Shown: positions 26,384 to 38,251 of the stretch, piece by piece
Layout: each line of letters begins with the position of its first letter
How positions within the stretch are numbered: the first letter of the stretch is position 1
Assembly (NCBI GenBank): GCA_030295235.1
Contig: AP026167.1
Location: 1-64,000, forward strand
Length of the DNA: 64,000 nucleotides
From: Fistulifera solaris
Taxonomy: Eukaryota
Direction: 5' to 3'
Translations under genes and position numbers: made by a program
Notes under the pieces: generated by a model
Databases searched by the model: none
The model's input: only the letters and a program-made list of their open reading frames with translations
What the model was told of the DNA's origin: nothing

Positions 26384-27900
26384 ATGAACGACAATCCGCT
26401 GATAGAGCTCATTTCGAGGGAAGAATTTTCCGGTTAAAAGGGCATCAAAATGGGCTGTAGGGCCGATTATGATGTGCCGATGTATCAACTGCTGCGAGAG
26501 CCGAAGCATCTTGAAGACTTTGATTGGGAAAAAAATCACGAGAAGATTATTTGCTGTAATAACGATACTGTCATCTGCGTGTGTGATCATGCCGGCTCGC
26601 ACTTTGATGAAGTACGCTATGCTAGCTTTATTATGGAAAAAGGCGACCGACATTATCTGCACGGCGCTATATTCGGTACAACAGATGCGGCTATCGTGGA
26701 GACGGCGACGTGGTTCTGGTCTCTTCCATGTTCAGGACAAGTCAAACAACTCACTGTCGGCGAATCCCTATTAGCTGATAGAATACACCATTTGATGTCG
26801 CGACCCTTTCAGCAGTGCAGTTCACGCGGATACTCGGTTCTAATTCTACACGATGCATCAGTTTTATCGTCAGTAACTTGACCGCGGAGCAAAACGTTCT
26901 CCTAGGAACGCGTTCTTACTCTTTGAATTTGGAGCTGAACCGTTACACTACTGATGAGGGGCTAAGCGATGAAGGAACGGCCTTTGTAGTTGCTCTGGAG
27001 AATCGCCAACATTCTTTTGGCTCTCTTCGGCTTAGTTCTCCTAGCTTTAAACCTGTGATGAATTGATCGAATCTGGAGCCACTACTGCGACTAGATTCTA
27101 TGATAGATAAGCTTGGCCTGTGTTTCATGAACGAGGATATCGTTTTGATTCCTTTCGTGGCCAGGTGAATGCTTTGGACTACGATATTAAAGCGAGGCAC
27201 ATTCGACCCGAAGATTTTGAGGGGCTCGATATCTTGACGAAAGATGTCAGTCTTGCTATCAATCTGGAAGGCACTCCCCAGTGGAGTCAAGTATTGATGT
27301 CAGTCTTAAATAGAATCGCCAGTCTGGGTCATTTCGAGAGTTTGTGCTTCACTATTGATCATTTCAGTGGGCTGCATTAAAGCTTGGATTTTGATCAGGC
27401 TTTAGTAGCTGTACTGGTCAATGTGATAACCAGCAATCCGCACTTGACTTCCTTTGAGTTCAAGAACATCCATGCTCTTATTGACATGGCTCCCCACAAA
27501 GAGACTATCTTTCAAGGTGTGGAAGAGCACCGCGGACTACGCACCGTGGCTTTTAATACCTTTCCACCCGATCACAGTATAATCGCAGAGTTAAATAACG
27601 GCCCCGAATATAGTCGTCAACAAGACCAATGGTACTCCTTGCTTGGGCAGCTGCTCTCTTGTAACCGGCGCATTAATGTCTGTGATGATCGCGGCATTAG
27701 ATACACCAACGGTTCCAGCATTGACAAACTATATGAGCTCAATGATTTTTATAATGGCTCCTTCGAGTTGTTGAAAGAATATTCTACCGCTTTATGACCT
27801 CTTTTTGTCGCGATGGCATTGACGGATGGCGCATCGGCAAACTTTCAGTATGCTGCTTTGTTGCTCTCGAGTTTTTGCAAGACGAAGTAACGATTGACTC
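26384..27900 (+). pseudogene. Family A copy with in-frame stops and frameshifts
   Basis: MNDNPLIELISREEFSG*KG.., IFGTTDAAIVETATWFWSL, RQHSFGSL..VMN*, LGHFESL..LH*, LLSCNR..NGSSIDKLY. Confidence 0.82.
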
Positions 27901-28058
27901 ATTAGTGCGTGACTAGTGGCGCAATACTTATCAAAAAGGCTTTCTTTAAACCAGGAGGGGTACGAAAACGAAAGCAGATCCTTAATATCGTAAGACCTGG
28001 GTGACTTTGAATGAACGCAGCCGTAAGTTAATAAAGACACTGCTACAAATCATGCTAA

Positions 28059-29790
28059 TCACTTTTCATTTTTTGTTCGTTTCTTAGAAGCACGCGACGG
28101 CTGAGTCCTCGTGGCGCGTTTCACACTAGCAGTTCGGTGCGATTCTCTACGTTTTGCAACTGACTGAGTGGTAAATTTTCGTCGTGAGGGCGGCTTCATT
28201 CGATGCTCCTCTTGTTCTGTCGCAATTTTGAAAAGCTGACATAGTATATCGGTGTGATCGGATAGCAAGCATGCTGTGCGACGGAAGTTCTTGGACGCGC
28301 GTTGAACCACAGCGGTGCACATCAGCATCGGTCGAACGGAAATACAGTCTTTCACCAATCTTTCCGAGCCATGGTAAAAGCGATTTTGGTAAATTTCAGC
28401 TATTTTGGACGAATGAAAGGTAAAGCACCGGTGGTTGAAAATATCAAGCACCGTGATGTTTTCGTTTCGCAAAAGCAATTCCTCAAGAGGCGCGGCGTAT
28501 CGGTCACGGACTTCCTGGCGAAGATTCTTCATGTTTGTAGGATACTCGCGGACGGACAAGATGCGCATACTCGCGTGTCGTTCAAGCGCTTTGAATAGAG
28601 ACTTCATATGTGGACACAGCTCCACTTTCCAATTCATCTCACTCAAATCCACACAGGTGAGCGTCGGATTGGCACGAATCGTACGTGTGAGCGCATCGAT
28701 AAACGCTCTTACTCTGGCACGTGAATAATTGGGCTCTTCGAAAAATGGCTCATCGCCATCTTCAAAATCCCAGCGGTAGTTCATTGATAATCCCAAACGT
28801 TTGAAATTGCCTAGTGCGGACACACGATTTAAAAACGAGATAAGACGACCATCCCAATCTTCATGATAATGGTCCAGATAGAGTCTGAGATCCAGATCTT
28901 TCGTCACAATGTTGAGCGAATGAAAAGCGTGCGGTGGAATGTGTTTGGCATCCACTTCGTATTGCAGAGCCTTTACTTTGGCGGAGAAGGGCAACAACAC
29001 CAGCTCTGGGTCGAGGGCACACAGCGTCAATTTGTCCAGAACGTCGAGTTGAAACAAACGAATCAAGTTGTTACGGCTGAATGGCAACAGATTTTGAGGG
29101 AAGTTGATGGCGAGGGAGCCAAACGACGTCGTTCGTTGTTCGAGTGCGTCGATGAACGCCGTTCCGCCATCTTGAAAGGCCCAGCCGTCGGTGGTTTCCT
29201 CGGATTGAGCCAATGTCAGGTTCAAAGGAAACGGACGCGTCGCTAGAATAACCGATTGCTCGGGACTCCAATTTCCCAAGCGAAAATCAAAGTGCCGTTT
29301 CGGATTGGCGTGTAAGATCTTTGCTAGCTGCTCGGGTCGAAACGCGCGAAAATCGAATGTGTATGTCGTGTCGTATTCAAAGCCGGCATACAGTTTCAAA
29401 CGAGTACAAATGCTGTCTCCCTTTTCCTTGAGGGAACACAAAACGGTAGCGGCCTCGGCCAGCGCCTCATTTGATTCACCGAAAATGACACACTCCAACT
29501 CGTATTTGGGGTCACCGTCGTGTTCGATATTCAATGACAACGTGCGTTTGTCGTCTCGATCAAACGAAGAACCCGAAAAAACATACGAGTGCTCCACATT
29601 CCATCCAAATAGCGAGACAGCGATACTTGGGCAATTCCAAGTCTTCGAAAAAGTCTGGCGCGCGTACGAAATGGTACACTGGAATGTAATAAAATCCGCT
29701 CGGTTCCGGTCGGAGTTTCTTTTGTCGTTCGGAAAGCAAATCATCTGGAATACGCTCTAAGACACGAACGTGATGCGACGCTTGCTGCAT
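28059..29790 (-). CDS. Family A protein, about 575 aa; homopolymer frameshift at 29576-29581
   Basis: MQQASHHVRVLERIPDDLLSERQKK..CF joins SGSSFDRDD; 561-aa ORF carries all motifs; basic tail KRATRTQPSRASKKRTK. Confidence 0.85.
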
Positions 29791-30329
29791 GGTTATCTTG
29801 TCTGTGATGTTTCTATTAAGAGAAAAAATGACAGTGTTGTTGTTGGATTGTAATGAAAGCGATGCATGAGAGGAGACGACGACCATTAACTCGAAACGAT
29901 CGGCGACCAAGAAAATCGCCAGATTTTGAAGGTGTTTTCCTACATATTGGACAAACAAACTTTTGTGTGCCGGAACGACCTTTCCACTTTTGACACTCAG
30001 GATTGACATCATCGAGTCATGTACGCTGTTACTTCACTATGTATTGTATCGAAACGAGGTTTGCTAGCTTGTATTTACGTTAAATGCAATCAATTTCAGC
30101 GTTATAAATACCGTTCTAATCTCTTTTAAGCTCTTTTAAGAGAAATTCGGCTGACTCATCAGATTCATTCTTCGATTCAAAACGTTTGGTACCAGGTATA
30201 ATTTTTCTGAGAGGGTAACCTCCGCAAACAAACAATATAGTTTAGCGGGTCGCTTCTCTAGCATTGTAGAGTCCGGTCAAAACCGATAATGTACAAATTT
30301 TAGCAGGTATTTTCACAAAGATACGCAAT

Positions 30330-31320
30330 TATTCAAGTAGCCGATCTAGCTGCTTTCTTTGAACTTCCTGTCGGCTGGACTCTCCTCCGTTTCGCCGCTG
30401 CGGTTCGACGAGATTCAGAAGATCTTGCGACCGCTCTTACCTCTTCAACAACTTCTACACGAGTACAAGTCACCGTGTCCAGATCCACCTCAGAAAACAA
30501 ATCGCGACATGAACAATTGTGTGTATTGAAAATTCGCCAAAGCCGTTTCCGTTAAAGCCGTTACAATGAGATACAATCGCGTTACTATCTGCTGTGTTTT
30601 CAACAGCGACAATGATCCACTGTAAAAAGTCATTGAGCACGTAAAGTTTATCAATGGTGGTTCCATCTGTGATCCTCTTCCCAAATTCTTTCGATTGCGG
30701 GACAGCAGTTTCTCGAGCCAGATATACTGAAAATTGTTTTGTGGATAGACATCTCTGCTCTTGTTGCTGATGTCCACAGCAAATGTTTGTAATGCGGTGT
30801 GCTCCTCGATTGCCTCTAAAGTACTTCCCAAATGATCGGTCCAATCGAAACACCTAAAATAACCACTCAAATCCAGGTACGTCAATTGCGAATTGGCGCG
30901 AAACGCCCTCACCAATGCTTCGGCTACCTGCGCCACCAAAGGAAAAGAAAATATAAGCGAGCAGCTAAAGACGAAAGTCAGGCTTTCGAAATTCATCTGA
31001 ATCTCCATGAGTAAAAATTTTACAATTGAGATCTGCGTTCTGAATCTGCGTTTCGAAGTGCTAACAATTTCTTCACCAGCATCCAACAGTGTTTCCTCCA
31101 TCGCTACAAAAGCGACAGTGTGATCGAGATCTAGGCCATGAATAAACTCACATAATGCGTCGGTATGATTGGAGAGCAGAATCGCTGCGTACTGAAGATT
31201 CCCCATAACTCGATTCAGTAACGCCTCCACCACCATCAATGGTCTCAAAAATGCGGATTCTTTCAGAAAAGCGCTGTCGATCACCTTTATCTTGAAGAGC
31301 TCATCAATACTAGCTAGATC
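30330..31320 (-). pseudogene. Two fused family A C-terminal fragments
   Basis: SIDELF..NLQYAAILLSNHTDALCE..SKRRFRTQ runs into FESLTF..NSQLTYLDLS..LEKLLSRNR..DGTTIDKLY. Confidence 0.7.
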
Positions 31321-33025
31321 AAGAGGAACGTTTTGGGCCTTCACTTGTAAGGACCGTAACCTTTCGGATACGTGAAAGTAGCTGGTCGAGCCAGGAGTAC
31401 CTTGAATCCTCCGGATGTCATGGGCAGGAGTTCGCAACAACAGTTTGCAGCCTTGAGTGTTCCTCTATTGCTAGCAAAACGACTGACAGGTGTGTATCAG
31501 CCAAAGATACGCCGTGCACACTTTACTAAGAGTTCAGCATACCAGGTAGCGGGGCAGGCGATGACACTCCAGGGACTCCAGTGCGAGATCAGTAAGATTC
31601 CTTATAGTCGATCTAGTAGTATCGCAAAACACCACTATAATCTTATTCAGATGAATAAACGGGGTCAAAACAAAAATAGCCACTTAACTACATGCCCGTA
31701 TTATAGTTCCAAATTGGCTAAAAAGTACAAAATGGTTATAAATATATGTAGACTGGTATTTCTGAACTCTAAGATTTTATAGTGAGTTTTTGTCCTTGTC
31801 AATTGAAGTCACAAAATTTTGTATAGTAGCTTCCTACTCACTCACAAATTGCTGCCTGCAGCCGAAAAAATGGTTGTCGAATTGTTTATTGTTGATCGAT
31901 GGAAGGAAAAGTCAAAAGTCATTCCTTCGTTTTGTTCAAATTATGGCAGCCATTTCCAAGTCAATACAAAGCGAACAACATCAAGATTCCGAGCACTTTC
32001 GTCGTCAATATTCGAATGTCACTCGCCTCTACAGCTGTCGGACGTGATTGCAATCATAAGCAATCATCATGCAAGCCTTTCATTCCACCGAATGCACTCT
32101 ATAAGGATCTCACTGTTGTGTCAACTTTAATTTTCTCAAGAGTTTGGGGTGATAGATCAACAACGATAATTTCATTCATCCGCCTTCTAGGAATCGCCAA
32201 AGTCGGGTGAACTCCTACTCGAAAGGACTGTTGTATCCTTTTTTCAGGGGTGAGAGAGCAAAATGGTTCCAGTGCGGACGACTAGTCTATTTCTTTATCT
32301 TATCAGGCGTGTCTCGCCAACGGTTGCTAAGATGCTCGACGGCCACCATAATACAGCCACCAACCGATTGACTCTTCTCAATCGTTTGTCACACATGTAG
32401 TGCAGCATTCTCTGCAACGAAGCGGCAGAGCGGATACGACGTCTTATCCCCCTTCCAAGTTCACGGTTAAACACGGTCGGGCTCGGTTTGGAAATGCACC
32501 GATGCTGCGAATCTCTCTAAAGTGATTGATGCGACAGTCTCGGATTGTCTCCAACGTTCGTGTCAAATGCAGGGGTAATACCAGATGATCACCGCGTCGG
32601 CAACCCAATCAACTTCCAGGAAATGTTTGCATTCATAATCCTGTTGTGATTCATGGAGCAGCAAGGGCTGGTAGACCCTTCTCGCCAGTAGGGACCACTT
32701 TGTTTGTCATCCAATCACCATTGAACACCATTCAAACTTCTGGAAAAAGCCACGGCAAGTCTAACAACTAAGCACTCCTAATTGATTACTGTCGCTTCAT
32801 CCGACATATACATTTCAAAGGTTCATTGCTAGGGGGATGATAACCTCCCAAAATATGGTTCACTCATAACCCTCTAAAGCCTTTGAGACAGGAAACCTCC
32901 TAGCACGTTTCAAATACTAGGTTTGGTGTCTGTCAATACTAAGATGTAATGCTACTTCAAAAGATTAAGGGAAAGCATAATATTATTGTTTCTACTGTCG
33001 TACAATACCACTCAAATGGGCTACT

Positions 33026-33230
33026 GAGGGTTTGGATTTGGGTTAGGGGGCTAAGGTTGTTGTGGGTTAGGGTTAAGGGGCTGAGGTTGTTGCGGGTTAG
33101 GGGGCTGAGGGTTTGGATTCGGGTTAGGGTTAAGGGGCTGAGGTTGTTGCGGGTTAGGGGGCTGAGGGTTTGGATTCGGGTTAGGGTTAAGGGGCTGAGG
33201 TTGTTGCGGGTTATTAGGGGGCTGGGGCTG
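33026..33230. repeat. 57-bp coding tandem repeat rich in GGGTTAGGG
   Basis: Unit starts at 33064, 33121 and 33178; encodes the 19-aa repeat NPQQPQPLNPNPNPNPQPP on the minus strand. Confidence 0.85.
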
Positions 33231-35191
33231 GGGCTGAAGCTGTGGCTGTGGCTGTGGCGGATGATAGTGTCGATAACATGTGACGGCAATACCACCAGTC
33301 ACAGCGGCACCAATAACCGTACCCAAGGCACCAATGACCGCAATAACTATATCTTCACGACTTGTCGGCGGTGCTACTGGAGGGCTAGGTACAGTTGCTA
33401 CCGTGGGAGCGGAAATATTTACCGGGGCTGCGGTTGGAGCGGTAGGCTTTACCGGGGCTACCGTAGGAGTTGAACCTACCACCGGTTTCAGTGCTACGGG
33501 CGAAGGGGAAGCCATTACCGGAGCTACCGTAGGTGGGGTAGTGGTCATTTCAGGGGCTACCGGAGATAGGAAAGGAGCACCGGTGACACAGCCGCAGCAT
33601 ACTCGCTCTTGAAAAGGGCGCCCTTCTGTATCAGTATTGGCATTTAAGTTCGTTGGATACAAACTAGAATCTGAACATTGTGTCGCAATTGTCTGACCCA
33701 GATCGTCGATGCTGCAATCAGTGCACCGAGCTCCAAATCCTCCCGAAGCGTAACGGTATGAGTCCAACTCGCATGAGCTAATCCTGAATGCTGGGCAAGT
33801 TCCCACGGAACGAAGAGCCAACAACCTTATTGCCTCATCGACGTCTTCATCTTCCAGGGCAATTCGCAGCGCTTCCAGGGCGATGTCAATCGCTGCCACA
33901 CCAATAAAGAGTGGTGGTGACTTGGTACGATCGTAGACAGGAGCCGACACTGTGGTTCCCAGGATATTCGCTGTCCGGAATATGTAAGGTTCGACCCAAG
34001 CAGTAAAATATTGATTTTCTGCATTACCCAAGCCCAACGCAAAAAGTAAGTAATAGCTCGCCAGAGCTTCGACAATTCTTCGTCACTTTCAATCTTGGAC
34101 CATATTCCAAATTCAGTCAAACAGGCCAGCTCCGAGGGAAATGCGTGGACATTTTGATTTTCGGACTCATCCGCAATGGAATATGTGAAAAGTAGCACCG
34201 GTTTGCCTGTGACTGCAGTCGTCTGACTGATTCGGTTCTGCACCATAGTTTTGACATCAGCTGGGACGATACCGTCCGGTTCTGTCATGACTCCATCAGT
34301 GAAGAATAAAATACCGGAATTGCAACTGACAGCTGTACCATTTGTGAATGAGTTATCCAGAATATCAAAAGCCGTGCTTAGGCCATCCAACATATTGGTA
34401 CCTCTTCCGGTTCCTATGTTGTCGATGCTGTCTTTTAAAATTTTTTTGATTTCGTCAGTGGCCGCGTAAAGCAAGCCTTGATTAGCCACGACGGTCGTTG
34501 CCGCATTGAAAAAGACTATCGCAACTCGATCGCTCGTCGATAACGTATCAATGACGCGTTTGGCGGCTTGTTTCATGAGGCCTAAGCGGATTTCATTCAT
34601 CGAGCTCGAAATATCTAACACCAGCACAATATTCTTGGGGCCGGAGCTTCCTGCGACGTACCAGGGTCGCCCTGTGTTGTCATACGTTCCACAACCTTCG
34701 GAGGGAAATCCAGGAAGAATGCGGAAAGCCCCTTCCCTGGTTCCGAAATAAGAGGCGCGAGGGCTAATTCCTATTTCATCCCAAAACGCTTGGTCTTCCT
34801 GGATTCTCTGAGTGAGCCAGTCATCCATGAAACGACTGTAGCAAATCGCTTCGACGATCAGCGGGTCTGCCGGAGTCGCGTTGGGTGAGATGCGGTAGTT
34901 GCTTGTCGTCAAATCCTCCAACCCCGCGCATCCTGCGCCACAGGTATCTGTCCAGAATTTGGAAGGAGCCGAACACGTTAGATTCGGTAGCGCTGATTTG
35001 CACTCATCGTAATTCGCTGCCCCACACGTAGTCAACGAAACACAGCGATCCAGGTACAGCCGTTCGATTTCGTCGCGATAGGCCAGAACCATGCTCTCCA
35101 TCTTCGCAGTGACTTGATCAAACCGAGCCGTGTTCAGTCCGAAGACTGATCTTATCAAAAAGAAGAGTAAGAAAATGAGTCTTCTCATCAT
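33051..35191 (-). CDS. Type-I membrane VWA-domain protein (alpha2delta/CACHD-like VWA region) with Cys-rich region, PTVAP stalk, TM helix and Pro/Gln/Asn tail; about 713 aa; frameshift at ~34076
   Basis: Signal peptide MMRRLIFLLFFLIRSVFG; RPWYVAGSSGPKNIVLVLDISSSM (DxSxS), GTNM, FFTDG; one extra A gives EEIVEALASYY..WVEPY; TM IVIAVIGALGTVIGAAVTGGIAV. Confidence 0.85.
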
Positions 35192-36604
35192 GCCTATTAG
35201 CTTGGTTTATTCTTTTACAACGCAAAGCAGAGTCGTAGAGGAAAATGAGCGACGGTAAGTGAGCGAGTGAGTGAGTGAGTGATGAGGGTGTGTGGCCGAC
35301 CAATAAAAGGTGCGTGAAGATGCGGATACAAAAATATCTAAAAAATTGTTGAAGAATCCGTGTATCTTGCGTGAGCTTGGCGTGCCCATCTCTTCACGCT
35401 GTCTCTCACAGAGACAAAAGGAAATAATGACAAAATAAATAATAATGGTAACCGGTTCGTACAATCCGTTGTCAAGTGCTTTGTAAGGTTACAATGAGTT
35501 CACCGCTCCCCGCTCCCCCATTCCTACTTCCTACTCTCCCTCCGCTCCCTTGCTTCCTCCACATGGTAAACTGTACGACCACTTTTACTTATTCCTATCA
35601 CTCAAAGGAGTATAATCCTTTGTATCACTCCTCCCCCTGTGCATATTCTCGACTGTCCGAGATACATGTAAAGACAGTACATATGATACACGCCAAGGCT
35701 TTGCTGCCATGTCAGTCCCGAGTGCGGTGAAAACGTGACAGAATATTGTATGGTACCTGGTACAAAAGCTACAAGTGCCGGAACTTGGAATAAATTATCG
35801 CCTCCCGCCTCCGTAGCTTATTATTTTCACTTTCAGAGTAAAAGTTTATGAGAGGGAGCGCGTACAAAATGTGCAGCGACACGGATCAGCTTTTCGTGAG
35901 ATTTACGTGTAAGGTCTTACTGTGACAAACAATAAGAAACAAGTGAAATTGAGCATCGGTACAAGTGAGTACCTGGTATCGATATAATATATAATATAAT
36001 AATAAAATCTTAATTTTGTCGATTGAATGAAATTTTCAGTTTCAACGGGTTTATATGAGATACGAGTTTTGCTGTCGAAGATTTTTGGCCGCGAAAATTT
36101 TCTGGTTTTCTCGCGGATGTGAGCTCAATCTACTTTTTAACTTATCACAGAATTGTCTGTCTACAGAGTCTCTGTCTTTAAATTTAAGAAGCAATATTTG
36201 GTACTCGTGACTCGTTGCATGGAGTGTACACATCTTACCTGGTAGCTCGTTTACAAAGAACTTTTACCAAGATTTGGTGAACAATTTATGGGTACTAGGT
36301 ACTAGGTAGTGAAAAGATAGTTTGCCCGTTTGCCCTGTCATTCACCTTACTGGGAATCCCAGGTGCATGGGGCGGTTGGCGGTTTTGTCACTTCACTACG
36401 AGGTACCACGTCCACTGGACATGACGACATGACCATGTCAATGTCTCTGGTCAAGCAAAGGAGTACTCCGTAAATGTTACACATACTCCTTTGCGTCAAG
36501 TGCAAGTGCTGCACAATCGGATCCCAAAGATACAACGTAAAACGGTATTGAATTATTCACGTTTTTTTTGTGATTATAGTCTCTGTGATGAGAGAAATGC
36601 TGCA

Positions 36605-36668
36605 CGTTGAAATTCTGCCTCTTGTACAAGATTCTACGTAGCATCTACGACGAGGCAGAATTTTAACG
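36605..36668. other. 17-bp inverted repeat (1 mismatch) with a 30-bp spacer
   Basis: cgttgaaattctgcctc at 36605-36621 and gaggcagaattttaacg at 36652-36668. Confidence 0.7.
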
Positions 36669-36841
36669 CCGTTTCCGTATCAAGCAAGATACGGAGTAGA
36701 AATCCTTCAAGAATCCACGACTCATGAAAGATGATGATCAAAGCTTGACACCCGCAACCCTTGCATGAAACAAGTCTCATAATTTTTCTTCGTTGTCCCG
36801 TCCCTTTTCGACTTGATAAGCAGCACAAGCTTACAGGAACG

Positions 36842-37171
36842 ATGATGAAAGTATTTCTTTTACTTTTTTTGACAACCTGCAGATGCGTGACAAGTGATCC
36901 TTCCCTACGTTCGCCAGCATTTGCAACGCCTGCCTCTCCTGTTCCTGTGGTTGCACCGATATTGTCGTCCCCTCCTTCGCTGGTGCTTGTGGAGCCGTCT
37001 TCGTTTCCGGCATTGCCAGTAGATGATGATGGAAGCCATGGAGGTGATGGAAATGATAGTGGTGTGTGTCGTTTTGGTATATCCAAGCAAGGATGTGTGA
37101 CCTTATTTGTCGTCAGTGCAATGCTTCCTTTGGTGTCCATCATGTGTGGCAAATGGTACTTGTATTATTAG
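36842..37171 (+). CDS. Small (109 aa) protein: signal peptide, Pro/Ser-rich stalk, Gly/Asp linker, C-terminal TM helix
   Basis: MMKVFLLLFLTTCRC, PASPVPVVAP, PVDDDGSHGGDGND, CVTLFVVSAMLPLVSIM; upstream DNA resembles that of the 59342 gene. Confidence 0.55.
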   Translation: MMKVFLLLFLTTCRCVTSDPSLRSPAFATPASPVPVVAPILSSPPSLVLVEPSSFPALPVDDDGSHGGDGNDSGVCRFGISKQGCVTLFVVSAMLPLVSIMCGKWYLYY

Positions 37172-37439
37172 TACATGAAATAATTCAGACAACCCTAGCA
37201 CGGAGGCAGAATTAAATTTATTATTTCAGGCAGTGCGATTGGAGAGGATGCTAAAATAATACAATTGTTTACCCCCTATATAGTATCACACAAAAGCTAA
37301 TAATGCAAACATCATATGAACGATCCTTCTCATTGCGTTCGAACAGCAAGTAACCACTACAGGCTTTTTCCTACGTCAACGTCCATTCAGGACAGAAAGT
37401 CAATCTGACATGCACTTCCACAAATATTTCAGTACGGTG

Positions 37440-38000
37440 ACTGAAGATCAACACACTGTACGGATAGATTGGCGACAGGAACACATGTTCCGCTTTCAGC
37501 ACCCCCATCGTGAATGATTCAACCATCCAGTCCAGTTCCAAAAGGCGTTCCAAACGCGTGCGGCGGCCAACAACCATGTTGTCGTCTTTCCCACACGCCA
37601 TACCCAGGCAACCAAAGCGTAACTGTACCGTTGTCTTGTCATGGAGACCACTGCTCGTGTTGAAGTGTGCCTTGACGAATTCCAATTTCAAGGGAAAAGT
37701 AATGGCCGCCGGTATTAAAGCCTGCTCAGGTCTCCAGTTTCCTACTTCGAGCTTCACCTGATTCGGATCTCCTCTACATTTAGTGCAAAACGAACTCTTC
37801 AATTGTTGAAATCTCTATCATTTCTGACAAGCAAGAGGCGCCATTTATACGTCGCTGCCCTTTTTGGCAGAGCCGCACGCAGATACTTGACACTCATCCA
37901 ACAAGACTTGTCAGCTTTACAGCCCATTAGTTTTTTTTCACAACACAACTCGTTCTCTCGTAGGAACACAGACAAAGCTTTGTTGAGGGTCTCGAAAAAA
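37440..38000 (-). pseudogene. Degenerate family A fragment
   Basis: LEVGNWRPEQALI..FPLKLEF..RFGCL..LERLLELDWMVE. Confidence 0.6.
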
Positions 38001-38251
38001 CGGCAATCGCCCTGTGAGTTGTTGGATATTGTGTCTCTGCGAGTAAATCGGTGATGAGTCGTTGAGAATATTTGGAGCGTCTATTTGAACTCGATTGTAT
38101 CATCAATTCACCTCAGATAGGATTCCTGGACGAAAAATTGCAATTTCACCATTTGGTGCCAGGGTAAAGGGCGATTCAGTGATGCATTTAACTGCACCAA
38201 TTTGATGAGTAGCTTCAAAAAGCATCCAGTCTCTGTATATCTACTAGTGCC

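Noticed and set aside
32130..32900. Possible decayed gene on the minus strand
   Set aside because: Protein-like stretches are broken by many stops and I recognise no family; too weak to call
32949..33473. Plus-strand ORF rich in RVRGL
   Set aside because: Antisense reading of the VWA protein's repeat tail
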